The position numbers and the translations under genes are program-made. Below the pieces are notes generated by a model. The model was not told the DNA's origin and did no database searches. It saw nothing but the letters and a program-made list of their open reading frames with translations. 64,000 nucleotides of DNA from Candidatus Saccharimonadales bacterium (GTDB lineage: Bacteria; Patescibacteriota; Saccharimonadia; QS-5-54-17), in the NCBI GenBank assembly GCA_040903985.1, contig JBBDUI010000002.1:671469-735468 (forward strand), read 5' to 3'. Positions 9,865 to 19,116 of the stretch are shown one piece after another (position 1 is the stretch's first letter; each line of letters begins with the position of its first letter).

Positions 9865-10146
9865 ATGGCTAACGCTAAAACTCCGAGCGAGAAAGACTAT
9901 GCCCGTCTCGGCAAGACACTTGAGAAAGTGCTCCTGCAGTATAATTTACAGGTTACGCGTCACTGGGGTAAGTTTATCGCACTTAGTTTTGTCCGGGGTC
10001 TTTTTATGGGTCTAGGTAGCATTATCGGCGCTACCTTGCTAGTAGCACTCATCGTTTGGTTACTTAATATTTTTGGTGGTCTACCGGTTTTCGGTGAGTG
10101 GTTCGATGCTCTGCGCGAATCGATCCGGCAATCTTCGACTTCCTAG
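9865..10146 (+). CDS. small membrane protein (93 aa), third gene of the DUF948/YtxH cluster
   Basis: Intact ORF with a central TM helix, in tight spacing with the two preceding genes. Confidence 0.5.
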   Translation: MANAKTPSEKDYARLGKTLEKVLLQYNLQVTRHWGKFIALSFVRGLFMGLGSIIGATLLVALIVWLLNIFGGLPVFGEWFDALRESIRQSSTS

Positions 10147-10354
10147 CTACCTCATTTTCGTTGCTAAGGTTATGTAGCTGGAACAAAGTAAATTTCTAGA
10201 CTTAGATTGAAAATCACGACTATAATCGTAGTGACACCTAGAATGACTGCGGTTTAAGAACCGGGCCGGTGAAGCTAGAGATGATACAATAGAGCGTAAG
10301 CATGTGAGGTGCCAGTTCAAATAAGACGGCACAGCGAAAATTAACAGGAGCGCT

Positions 10355-13300
10355 ATGTCTGTAAACAGTTTTAAACCGGCCGATTTTGTCCATCTACACA
10401 ACCATACCCACTACAGTTTGTTGGACGGTTTGCAGAAAGTGCCGGAGATGCTGGATCGAGTGGTGGAGTTGGGCATGGAGGCGGTCGCGATTACCGACCA
10501 CGGCACCTTAAGTGGTGTAATCGAATTTTATAAAGAGGCGAAAAAGCGGGATGTGAAGCCGATCATCGGTATCGAAACCTACGTGGCCCCACGTAAACAT
10601 ACCGATAAGGAGGGCAGGAAAGACGCCAGTCCTTACCACCTTATCCTGCTAGCTATGAACAATCAGGGTTACGAGAATCTAATGCGCCTCTCTACCGTAG
10701 CCCACCTAGATGGTTTTTACTATAAGCCGCGCATCGATCGGGAGTTACTAGAGAAATACAGTGCGGGAATCATCGTGCTCTCCGGCTGCATTGGTGGTGA
10801 GGTCGGGGAGGCCCTGCGCAACGATCGCGATACAGAGGCGGAAGAGACGGCCAAGTGGTACCAGTCGGTTTTTGGTGATCGCTACTATCTCGAGCTGCAG
10901 GATCACGGCCACGAATGGTCGGAACAGGCACGGGTGAATGACAAGTTGCTTAAATTGGGTAGTCGGCTTGGTATCGAGCTGGTGGTGACAGCCGACGCCC
11001 ACTATTGTTTGCCAGAGGATCAGGCAGCTCATGAGGTGCTGCTCTGTGTGCAGACCGCCTCGCAACTAAGCGATACTAGTCGGATGAGTCTCAAAGACAT
11101 GCATCTCTATGTTACGGAACCGGAGCAGGTCGCCGTGCGTTGGAGCGATAATCTGGCGGTGCTTACTAATACTCGAGCTATCGCTGATCGGTGTGAGGTT
11201 GAGATCGAGCTGGGCGGGATTTTAATTCCGCGCTTTGACACGCCAGAGGGTGAGAGTGAGAAGGACTATCTGGCTAAACTGGCTTATCAGGGGCTGGTTT
11301 GGCGCTACAGTGAGCGGACAATTAAAGAGGCGGCACAGTTGACGATTGAAGAGATTAAACAGTTACTGGAACCAGACATCATCGAGCGCTTCGAGTATGA
11401 ACTGGGTGTAATTAACAGCATGGGCTTTGCCGGCTATTTCTTAATCGTTTCCGATTTTATCCAGTGGGGTAAGTCGGAGGGCATTATTTTTGGTCCAGGT
11501 CGGGGATCGGCTGCCGGTTCAATCGTCTCCTATGCGTTGAATATCACTGACCTCGATCCTTTGAAGTACGATCTACTATTTGAACGATTTCTCAACCCAG
11601 ACCGGATTTCGATGCCGGATATCGATATTGACATTCAGGACACGCGGCGAAACGAAGTAATCGATTATACGATTGCTAAGTATGGCGCCGACCGGGTGGC
11701 CAATATCGTTACGTTCGGTACGATGGCAGCGCGAAATGCTATTAGAGATACGGCCCGAGTCTTAGGTGTACCGTACGGTGATGCCGATCGGCTCGCGAAG
11801 ATGATTCCGCCTCCGGTTCAAGGTCGTCACATACCGCTCAAGCGAAGTCTAGTAGATGTCGATGAATTGAAGGCGGAGTACGCCGGTAATCCGCAGTCGA
11901 AGAAAGTTTTCGATCTGGCGGTGAGGCTGGAGGGAACTATCCGTTCTCATGGTGTCCATGCTGCCGGAGTCGTGATTGCACCGGATGAGATAGTTAAATA
12001 CACTCCACTCGAGATGGCCCAAAAGGGGGTAGTCTCGACCCAATATCCGATGAATCCGATAGAAGAGCTAGGACTTTTAAAGATGGACTTTCTCGGTCTG
12101 TCTAACTTAACGATTATTAAAAACGCACTGCGGATCATCCGTAAGGTGCATGAGGTCGAGATCGATATCTCAAGTATTCCCATGGATGATACGAAGACAT
12201 TCGAACTGTTCAGTCGGGGTGATACTACCGGCGTTTTCCAGTTAGAGTCGGCCGGTATGAAGCGTTATCTTAAACAGCTGGGCCCGAACCAGTTTGAGGA
12301 TATTATCGCGATGGTCGCACTATATCGTCCCGGTCCGATGGCCGAACTACCTCGCTATATCGAAGGAAAGAACAAACCGGATAAGGTCACCTACCCACAT
12401 AAGTCACTAGAGCCTATCCTGGAAGATACTTATGGGGTGATGGTCTACCAAGAGCAGATTATCGCTATGTTGCAGTTGATCGCCGGCTATACAGCTGGCG
12501 AGGCCGACCTGGTCCGTAAAGCGATTGGTAAGAAAAAGCGTGAGATCATGGAGGCCGAAGAGCCCAAGTTTATCCAGGGCTGTATTAAGCAAGGGCTAAG
12601 TGAAGAACAGGCCAATGGTCTCTGGGCTTTAATCCAACCTTTCGCTGACTATTCCTTTAATAAGTCCCATGCCGCATGCTATGCACTGATTGCATATCAA
12701 ACGGCTTATCTCAAGGCTCATTATCCATCCGCATTCATGGCGGCGTTGATGACCAGCGATTTCGATGACGCCGATCGGATTGCTATCGAGATTGCCGAGT
12801 GCCGTCATATGGGAATCGACGTACTCCCACCAGATGTGAACGAGAGCTTCGTCGAGTTTGCCGTGCGTCCGCATGAAGATAATTCTGGCCGGAGGGCTAT
12901 CCGGTTTGGCCTTAGTGCAGTTAAGAACGTCGGTATTGGGGCAGTAGAAGAGATTTTACGAGCGCGGGAGGAAGGTAAGTTTAATTCGGTCGAGGACTTT
13001 GCTAAACGGGTCTCGGTCCGGAGTGTTAATCGTAAGGCGTGGGAATCATTGATTAAGGCGGGCGCATTCGATACTTTAGGCGATCGAGCTATTTTCCTTC
13101 TTAATCTCGATAAGATCGTGGCCTTTGCTCAGCGACTACAGAAAGATGCGGCCAACGGCCAGACCGACCTATTTGGTGACTCAGTGGTCGATACTTCATT
13201 GCAGCCACGACTCGACCTCGATACGCCCCAAGAGAAGCTAAACGAACGGGAGTACTTGCAGTGGGAGCGGGAGCTACTGGGTGTTTACTTATCTTCGCAT

Positions 13301-13996
13301 CCCTTAGATGGGTTTAGCGACTATCTGGCTGAGAAGGCGATGCCGATCGAACGGATTACGAAGGACAAGGATGGTAATAATGTTCAGATCGGTGGCTTAG
13401 TGACAGCGGTTCGCGAGATTACAACTCGTAACGGCGCCCAGATGGCTTTCGTCAAGATGGAAGATAAGAGTGGAGAGCTGGAGATAATCGTTTTCCCGAA
13501 GACCTATGAGGGATCGCATGGTCTCTGGGAGGTTGATAAAGTGTTGTTAGTACAGGGTAAGGTTAATACTAAAGACCGGGACGGTAAACGGGGCGAAGAG
13601 ATTAAGATCATGGCCGATAAAGTACGAGAGATTAACGAGCGCGAGCGACAGAACGGTGACGCTAAACCTGCCCTCTCACCATCCGCAGAACCGGAGCCAC
13701 CTGCTCCCAGTGTAGCGGTAGAACAGCTTGATAATGATGACTCCGAGCCGACCGAGGCGCCGAGCGTATCAACTGGAGCCACCTCGATCGAGATTAATTT
13801 ACCGGTTGCCGGAGGACGGGATCAGGCGACGCTGCAAGCTATCAAACGGATACTCGACAGGTACTCCGGTGAGGGTTCCGCTTTTATTGCGGTAGCTGGT
13901 CAGCGCATTAAACTGCCGTTTGCAGTGCAGGTTTGCGACGAGTTGATTCGGGCAATAGAGGGGCTAGAGTTGGTCGATAGTGTGAGTTCCATCTAG
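10355..13996 (+). CDS. dnaE: DNA polymerase III alpha subunit
   Basis: 1213 aa. It has an N-terminal PHP domain (HLHNHTHYSLLDG), a polymerase core and OB-fold regions. A C-terminal Ala/Pro/Glu-rich linker and an extra roughly 70-aa C-terminal module are present. Confidence 0.95.
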   Translation: MSVNSFKPADFVHLHNHTHYSLLDGLQKVPEMLDRVVELGMEAVAITDHGTLSGVIEFYKEAKKRDVKPIIGIETYVAPRKHTDKEGRKDASPYHLILLAMNNQGYENLMRLSTVAHLDGFYYKPRIDRELLEKYSAGIIVLSGCIGGEVGEALRNDRDTEAEETAKWYQSVFGDRYYLELQDHGHEWSEQARVNDKLLKLGSRLGIELVVTADAHYCLPEDQAAHEVLLCVQTASQLSDTSRMSLKDMHLYVTEPEQVAVRWSDNLAVLTNTRAIADRCEVEIELGGILIPRFDTPEGESEKDYLAKLAYQGLVWRYSERTIKEAAQLTIEEIKQLLEPDIIERFEYELGVINSMGFAGYFLIVSDFIQWGKSEGIIFGPGRGSAAGSIVSYALNITDLDPLKYDLLFERFLNPDRISMPDIDIDIQDTRRNEVIDYTIAKYGADRVANIVTFGTMAARNAIRDTARVLGVPYGDADRLAKMIPPPVQGRHIPLKRSLVDVDELKAEYAGNPQSKKVFDLAVRLEGTIRSHGVHAAGVVIAPDEIVKYTPLEMAQKGVVSTQYPMNPIEELGLLKMDFLGLSNLTIIKNALRIIRKVHEVEIDISSIPMDDTKTFELFSRGDTTGVFQLESAGMKRYLKQLGPNQFEDIIAMVALYRPGPMAELPRYIEGKNKPDKVTYPHKSLEPILEDTYGVMVYQEQIIAMLQLIAGYTAGEADLVRKAIGKKKREIMEAEEPKFIQGCIKQGLSEEQANGLWALIQPFADYSFNKSHAACYALIAYQTAYLKAHYPSAFMAALMTSDFDDADRIAIEIAECRHMGIDVLPPDVNESFVEFAVRPHEDNSGRRAIRFGLSAVKNVGIGAVEEILRAREEGKFNSVEDFAKRVSVRSVNRKAWESLIKAGAFDTLGDRAIFLLNLDKIVAFAQRLQKDAANGQTDLFGDSVVDTSLQPRLDLDTPQEKLNEREYLQWERELLGVYLSSHPLDGFSDYLAEKAMPIERITKDKDGNNVQIGGLVTAVREITTRNGAQMAFVKMEDKSGELEIIVFPKTYEGSHGLWEVDKVLLVQGKVNTKDRDGKRGEEIKIMADKVREINERERQNGDAKPALSPSAEPEPPAPSVAVEQLDNDDSEPTEAPSVSTGATSIEINLPVAGGRDQATLQAIKRILDRYSGEGSAFIAVAGQRIKLPFAVQVCDELIRAIEGLELVDSVSSI

Positions 13997-14011
13997 GAAG
14001 ACCCCGATAGT

Positions 14012-14332
14012 TTAGCGAGGCAGGAGGTCACGCAAGGGGCCGAGTACCGGTTTCTGAGCCACAATCTTATATAGATTCTCGAGAGCGTCACCACCAGCAT
14101 AACCGATGATGAAGGCGATGCCCGGGTTAATTCCTAGCCCTTCAGCGAAGCTAATACCGGCACTATCGATGGCCCAGATAACCACCAACCCCATAGCAGC
14201 CGAGATACCGACTGTCATTGAGAAGTATGACCAGCTGAAGACCACTCCCTTGTAGGAGAGGAAGTATTTGACGTAACCAACTAATCCCCTAGCGATACCG
14301 CCGAGGGCGCCGAAGATAAGCAAGCTTTCCAT
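14012..14332 (-). CDS. small multi-pass membrane protein (106 aa)
   Basis: A strong RBS (AAGGAG) sits 7 nt upstream of the ATG on the minus strand. The product is hydrophobic. Confidence 0.6.
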   Translation of the reverse strand: MESLLIFGALGGIARGLVGYVKYFLSYKGVVFSWSYFSMTVGISAAMGLVVIWAIDSAGISFAEGLGINPGIAFIIGYAGGDALENLYKIVAQKPVLGPLRDLLPR

Positions 14333-14456
14333 GTCTACTCCTTAGTAGTTTTATTATGCCGTTATAGTAGCAATCAGACCCAAGCATAAGCAAGTCAGGC
14401 GGTGAGGTAGGAGTATAGGTTACATATATCGATAATTATTTTATATAATATGATTA

Positions 14457-14891
14457 ATGGAGAATCGATCTCAAGACCAACCCCGAGACTTATCGCGTAT
14501 CGGCGGCTATGATCCGACTCGGATTGATTACCGTCGTGAGGACAATGAACTCGCAGATATAGGGGAGCGGTTCGCTGATTTACCGAACCGACGTGAAGCA
14601 GTCTGGGGTCGGGATGCCGAAGGCGGGTCGGTCTATTTGCGACATGCTATAGCCCGCAAACGGTATCGCTGTCCGAGCTGTCAGGATGACATTCCAATCG
14701 GTAGCGAGCATGCCATACTTGGCCGAGTCCAGTCAGCTCAAAGTTATGATCACCATCACCTCGACTTTAACTGCGTACAAAGCGTAATCCTGCCCAGCCT
14801 ATCCAGACTTACTGTGGTGTCGCCCAAAGCCGCTTCAGCTACTGCCGTTAATAAGCGCTCTCGGCAAAAACGCAACCGCTCTCGCTCGTAA
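14457..14891 (+). CDS. hypothetical protein (144 aa) with a CPSC motif and a basic C-terminal tail
   Basis: Intact ORF with a TATAAT-like element upstream. I recognise no domain. Confidence 0.4.
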   Translation: MENRSQDQPRDLSRIGGYDPTRIDYRREDNELADIGERFADLPNRREAVWGRDAEGGSVYLRHAIARKRYRCPSCQDDIPIGSEHAILGRVQSAQSYDHHHLDFNCVQSVILPSLSRLTVVSPKAASATAVNKRSRQKRNRSRS

Positions 14892-14915
14892 CTAACTTAT
14901 TATTTAGCTAAGAGG

Positions 14916-16883
14916 CTAGTGGTTTACCATCTGCCACATAGCCGAGCGGTGGTAGTAAAATTCACTGCCGCTATAGGTGCTTAGTTCTATCAGGAGGCTG
15001 GGTAGACCATATTTGTCGTGCAGCCAACTCTCCAGTGAGCCGGTAGTGTCATAGGCAAAGGTGTCCCCTTGGTCGTAGCCACCCAGGCTGTGGTAGCCGA
15101 CGGCTTGACCGTACTGGCTGGCCAGTTGGCGAGAGTTGCCGGATTCATTGGCTATTACGAGTGAGGCAACAGCATGGTAGGACAGCACGAGTTTAGGGTT
15201 CTGGTTTAAGATGAAATTAGCTAAGGCGCTGGTCTCTGGCTCAGAAAGTGGAGATTTTCCACCACCCTCTTCAACTAGTTGGCCACCAGGCACAGTAACG
15301 TCTGACTTCCAGTCGTTAGCGGGAAAGTTACGGTTGAGGTCGACACCACGAGAGTTAGTGCGCCGACCAGCGGCGATACCATCGGGATTAACTTGCGGCA
15401 CTACGATGATGGTTCGGTTGGCCGGTATCTGAGAGTAGTTGGCCTCAAGTTCGGCTATCCAAGCGTCGAGGATGTACTTTGAACTGGCCTCATTACCGTG
15501 CAGGGCGCCGACGTAGATAATCTTCTCCGCTCCATTACCAAAGCTGTAGGCTGGAATCGCTCGACCGGCGATAGAGCTACCGATATTTGTGACCTGCTGA
15601 CAGACGGTGTGTGATTTGTATTCGTAGGCGGTACTACCGCTGACACCATGACGGTTTTCTAGGTTATCTGAAACTTTGATTGTGATTGGGCTACAGTGCG
15701 GCAAGAGGGCGGCGGGAATAAGGGTGACGCGGGCACCGTTAACGACTACGGAGTGCAGCGGCAGGTTCTTGCCGCCCACCTCAATAGTGAGGTGCTGCTT
15801 TAGATCTTGCTCCTCAGACAGAGGGTAGTCGAAGCTGATGAGAGGGTCGGCGTTACGAGAGACGGCGTAGCGACTAATGTTAACGTTCTCCACTTGGGGA
15901 CCACCCGAGGTGGTGAACTGTAGTTTTAGGGGTGAGATCAAGAAACCCTTATCGGTAGCCGTAATATCACTGGCATTTAACTCATAGGTGGCTTCACGGG
16001 CTAATGGCGCACTTAGAGCTATAGTTATCTTCTTATCGGCAGCACTGATATCCAGCGGAATAGATTCCGGCTCGGTCTGATCGGTGCGCCGGAGTTCGAA
16101 CTGACCAACTGAGGCGACTGATTTATTCATAGTTATAGTAATAGCATCGATTATTTGATGGACAGTTGACTTATGTTCTACCGATGCATTCTCCACTGCT
16201 ATAGGTGTAACCGTTTCTACCTCAGTGCTAAGCAGGATAGCTGCTATTTGGTCCTGGACCGATCGAGTAATTGAAATACTATAGCGACTAGCCTGCTTAA
16301 GTTTCAGCTGTTCTACCGGACAGATAAGTTCGGTCATAACCGTAGTACAGGTGACCTCATCCTCACCCACCTGCAAGGTATAGTCAGATACAGTGTCGGC
16401 TTGATCTAGTTCCAGTACCAAAGGATCGATGACGGAAATTTGCTTTAAGTAGTCTGTAGCGGTGGTTAGCTGCGGGGCTGTTTCTGCCTTAAGCTGAATT
16501 GATTTATGTAGGATGGGTAAATGCAGGAAGTGTAGCTTGACCGTTTCGGTCTGTAGGGGTGGCGGTGCGAGGGCTGTGGCGCAGCTGTCGAGTGACAGTA
16601 GTGGATAAGAGCCGATTGAGATTAAGGGGGTATGGGTGAGCTCATAAGCTGCGCTGGCCGTAGTACGATGGAGGTTTGGAAGTAGTAGCGGGTTAGTAAT
16701 GCAGCTGGGTTGGGCGTAGGTGAAGGTGAGCTGGCGAGGGAAGTAGCTCAGTGCTATCAGTAAGCCGATCGGTGCCAGCAGTAGGGCCAGTACCAAACGT
16801 GGTCGCTGTCGGGTGAAACTACGCAGGGTCTGCGGGGCTGAACGTAGTAGTGTGGTTACTAGTTTAAGTTTTTGTTTAAGCAC
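14916..16883 (-). CDS. secreted/membrane-anchored M14-family zinc carboxypeptidase with a large N-terminal domain
   Basis: The C-terminal domain carries M14 motifs (GALHGNEASS is the HxxE zinc site; also NPDG and NRNF). An N-terminal signal anchor is present. Confidence 0.75.
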   Translation of the reverse strand: MLKQKLKLVTTLLRSAPQTLRSFTRQRPRLVLALLLAPIGLLIALSYFPRQLTFTYAQPSCITNPLLLPNLHRTTASAAYELTHTPLISIGSYPLLSLDSCATALAPPPLQTETVKLHFLHLPILHKSIQLKAETAPQLTTATDYLKQISVIDPLVLELDQADTVSDYTLQVGEDEVTCTTVMTELICPVEQLKLKQASRYSISITRSVQDQIAAILLSTEVETVTPIAVENASVEHKSTVHQIIDAITITMNKSVASVGQFELRRTDQTEPESIPLDISAADKKITIALSAPLAREATYELNASDITATDKGFLISPLKLQFTTSGGPQVENVNISRYAVSRNADPLISFDYPLSEEQDLKQHLTIEVGGKNLPLHSVVVNGARVTLIPAALLPHCSPITIKVSDNLENRHGVSGSTAYEYKSHTVCQQVTNIGSSIAGRAIPAYSFGNGAEKIIYVGALHGNEASSKYILDAWIAELEANYSQIPANRTIIVVPQVNPDGIAAGRRTNSRGVDLNRNFPANDWKSDVTVPGGQLVEEGGGKSPLSEPETSALANFILNQNPKLVLSYHAVASLVIANESGNSRQLASQYGQAVGYHSLGGYDQGDTFAYDTTGSLESWLHDKYGLPSLLIELSTYSGSEFYYHRSAMWQMVNH

Positions 16884-17077
16884 GGCTACCTTCCCACCAT
16901 AATCATCAGTAATCTAATAAGCATTATACGTTAAACCGAGAATTATATAAGCTAGGGGGCGCTATTTAAGCAACTCCTGAAACGGCAGTTATCTTACCGG
17001 TTCAGGAGTTGTCCCGACGGGGTGACGTTAGGTGGCCGAAGCCACCCTGTCGTCATCCCCGTCGGGCTAGTCCTCTG

Positions 17078-17632
17078 TTAGCCGGTGAGCCGAACCAGGC
17101 GGAGATCCGGCAGGATCTCTTCTCCGATCAGTTCAAACAGTCGAACGTGGTAGGGGCAGCAGTCTTCGCCACTGGCTGTGAGGTTCTTGCAGGTGGGTTC
17201 ACCACAGCTGTTGAAGCACTTCTCGCCGCAGATGCCCGCGCCGCCACAGCAACTGAGGCAGCCGTTGAGCAGGACCAGTTGTGGACGGGGCTCAACCGGT
17301 TCGTCGAGCTCGGGTGGTTCCCACTCCATTCCTTCGAACGGATCGAAGTTCAGGAGCTCCCACGGCTCGAGGTCCGGATCGATCGGACTGCCGTCGTGTG
17401 GTTCGTCCGCATCGGCGGTGGCGCCGTAGGGCGCGAACAGGATCTCGACGTAGGTCGGTCTGGGGTCAGTCACCTGAATCCAGTCGCCGTCCTGGTCGTA
17501 CCGTTCGAAGGCGATCTCTCCCAGATCATCCTCGCTACTGATGCCACTGGTCACTTCTGCGAGTGAACCGAGGTATAGTACCTCGCTCATCCCGCTTTCG
17601 AGTTCTACCACTCGGTAAAGCGTTTCCGACAT
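17078..17632 (-). CDS. acidic Cys-rich hypothetical protein (184 aa) in a GC-rich islet
   Basis: The start was chosen at the Met preceded by the RBS GGGGAG, which gives MSETLYRV... The product is D/E-rich with a C-terminal cluster of 9 Cys (CLSCCGGAGICGEKCFNSCGEPTCK...DCCPYH). Local GC is about 60%, against about 50% in the flanks. Tandem hairpins lie downstream. Confidence 0.5.
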   Translation of the reverse strand: MSETLYRVVELESGMSEVLYLGSLAEVTSGISSEDDLGEIAFERYDQDGDWIQVTDPRPTYVEILFAPYGATADADEPHDGSPIDPDLEPWELLNFDPFEGMEWEPPELDEPVEPRPQLVLLNGCLSCCGGAGICGEKCFNSCGEPTCKNLTASGEDCCPYHVRLFELIGEEILPDLRLVRLTG

Positions 17633-17672
17633 CGTATGCTCCCCATACTGAATCCGGGACTCTCCCGGACGC

Positions 17673-17729
17673 GCTATCACTAGCCTTAAACCGGCGCCCT
17701 TAAAGGGTCAACTTAAGGCTAGTGATAGC
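17673..17729. promoter_or_regulatory. 17-bp perfect inverted repeat with a 23-bp spacer containing an inner palindrome cccttaaaggg; candidate operator in the divergent intergenic region
   Basis: The arms are gctatcactagccttaa and ttaaggctagtgatagc. The site lies between the Cys-rich gene and the ABC transporter, next to an AT-rich promoter region containing ggtataat. Confidence 0.45.
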
Positions 17730-17871
17730 AGTAGCTTAACAGAGGGCTGTAAAAGGGCTACCAGGTATAATCCTGATTATATGTTTATATCATATATATC
17801 ATATAAATCAAGGGTGTAGGTATTTCTGATACGTTTGGCAGGCTGGAGGAGGAGCGATATAATGATCGTTA

Positions 17872-18798
17872 ATGTTAATCGCTAACGGGCTTACCAAGCG
17901 CTATAAGAAGAAACTGGCTGTCGATGATGTCAGTTTTAAGGTCCGACCTGGTGTTGTGACCGGTTTCCTGGGTCCTAACGGCGCTGGTAAGACTACTACT
18001 ATGCGTCTAATATTAGGGCTAGATAAAGGGCTAGGAGAGACGCGTTATGATGGTCAGCTTCTGCGTGAGTATGCGTCACCGGTACACGTCGTGGGTTTAC
18101 TGCTCGATGCCAAGGCATTTCATCCTAAACGTACGGCCCGCAACCACCTGCGTGTTTTAGCCGCGGCCGGCGGCATAGATGATACTCGAGTAGATGAGGT
18201 GTTGAGTATTGTCGGTCTTACGGATGTGGCCGATAAACGTCCAGGGAGTTTCTCGATGGGCATGGGTCAGCGTCTAGGGATAGCGGCCGCAATTCTAGGT
18301 AAGCCGAAGTATTTGCTGTTGGACGAGCCTGGTAATGGCCTCGATCCGGAGGGTATATCCTGGCTGCGACGTTTCATGCAGGACTATGCTGCTGCGGGTA
18401 ATGTAGTGTTCGTCTCCAGCCACTTACTAAGTGAGATGGCACAGATGGCTACCGATGTCATAGTGATCGGTAAGGGTAAGTTGCTAGCTGATACGTCGAT
18501 CGAGGCGTTAATTAGTGGTAGCGGCGCTACCACTACGTTTGTACGAGTTAAGGCACCCAAGCGGTTAGAGCGAGCGTTAATTCAGGCCGGAGCTGAGGTG
18601 GAAAACAGCAATTCCGGTTTGTTAGTTCGTGGTTTAGACATCGATGCGGTCGGTCAGCTAGCCTTTAAGTTAGCTACCCCCGTGTTGGAGCTGAGTCAAA
18701 AAGCCGCTTCACTGGAAGAAGTGTTTCTAGAGATTACGGCTGGATCAGAGGAGTATAAGGCCAAGGTGGGCGCCGACAGTGAGGATAGTGATGTTTAA
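17872..18798 (+). CDS. ABC transporter ATP-binding protein (ABC-2 type)
   Basis: It has Walker A (GPNGAGKTT), an ABC signature region and Walker B (LLLDEPGNGLD). The RBS GGAGGAGG lies upstream. Confidence 0.9.
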   Translation: MLIANGLTKRYKKKLAVDDVSFKVRPGVVTGFLGPNGAGKTTTMRLILGLDKGLGETRYDGQLLREYASPVHVVGLLLDAKAFHPKRTARNHLRVLAAAGGIDDTRVDEVLSIVGLTDVADKRPGSFSMGMGQRLGIAAAILGKPKYLLLDEPGNGLDPEGISWLRRFMQDYAAAGNVVFVSSHLLSEMAQMATDVIVIGKGKLLADTSIEALISGSGATTTFVRVKAPKRLERALIQAGAEVENSNSGLLVRGLDIDAVGQLAFKLATPVLELSQKAASLEEVFLEITAGSEEYKAKVGADSEDSDV

Positions 18799-19099
18799 GT
18801 CCGAATTACGTAAGCTGCTTACCATACGTGCGAGCTACGTCATTGTGCTACTGGTCATACTATTAGCCGGATTAGATGTTGTAATGACGGCTCGCAATGC
18901 CGCTCTAGCGACCGAATCGATCGGAGCTGGTCTACTCGAGGGCTTGATTAGGTCGGCCTTAAACGCAGCAGCTATGTTTGCTGCGATCTATGCCGCACTT
19001 GTCCTTTCACATGAGTACCGCTATAACTTGATCTATCACACCTTGACCGTAGCGAAGACCCGATCACAAGTGCTAGTGGCTAAGATCGGTACGAGATAA
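18791..19099 (+). CDS. ABC-2 family permease, N-terminal fragment (frame interrupted)
   Basis: ATGTTTAA start/stop coupling with the ATPase gene. The product is hydrophobic with an ABC-2 style N-terminus (MFKSELRKLLT). It ends at a TAA at 19097-19099, while the downstream fragment continues in the -1 frame. Confidence 0.55.
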   Translation: MFKSELRKLLTIRASYVIVLLVILLAGLDVVMTARNAALATESIGAGLLEGLIRSALNAAAMFAAIYAALVLSHEYRYNLIYHTLTVAKTRSQVLVAKIGTR

Positions 19100-19116
19100 C
19101 TGGCTACAGCTTAGTA

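Noticed and set aside
10147-10354. Possible promoter or small RNA in the dnaE upstream region
   Set aside because: TATAAT-like hexamers are present, but no convincing -35 box with correct spacing and no stable structure. It was not reported as a feature.
17009-17566. Plus-strand ORFs (185, 83 and 86 aa) overlapping the GC-rich islet
   Set aside because: High GC keeps all frames open. The plus ORF starts inside a hairpin palindrome and has no RBS, whereas the minus-strand ORF has a GGGGAG RBS and protein-like composition. I treated them as shadow ORFs.
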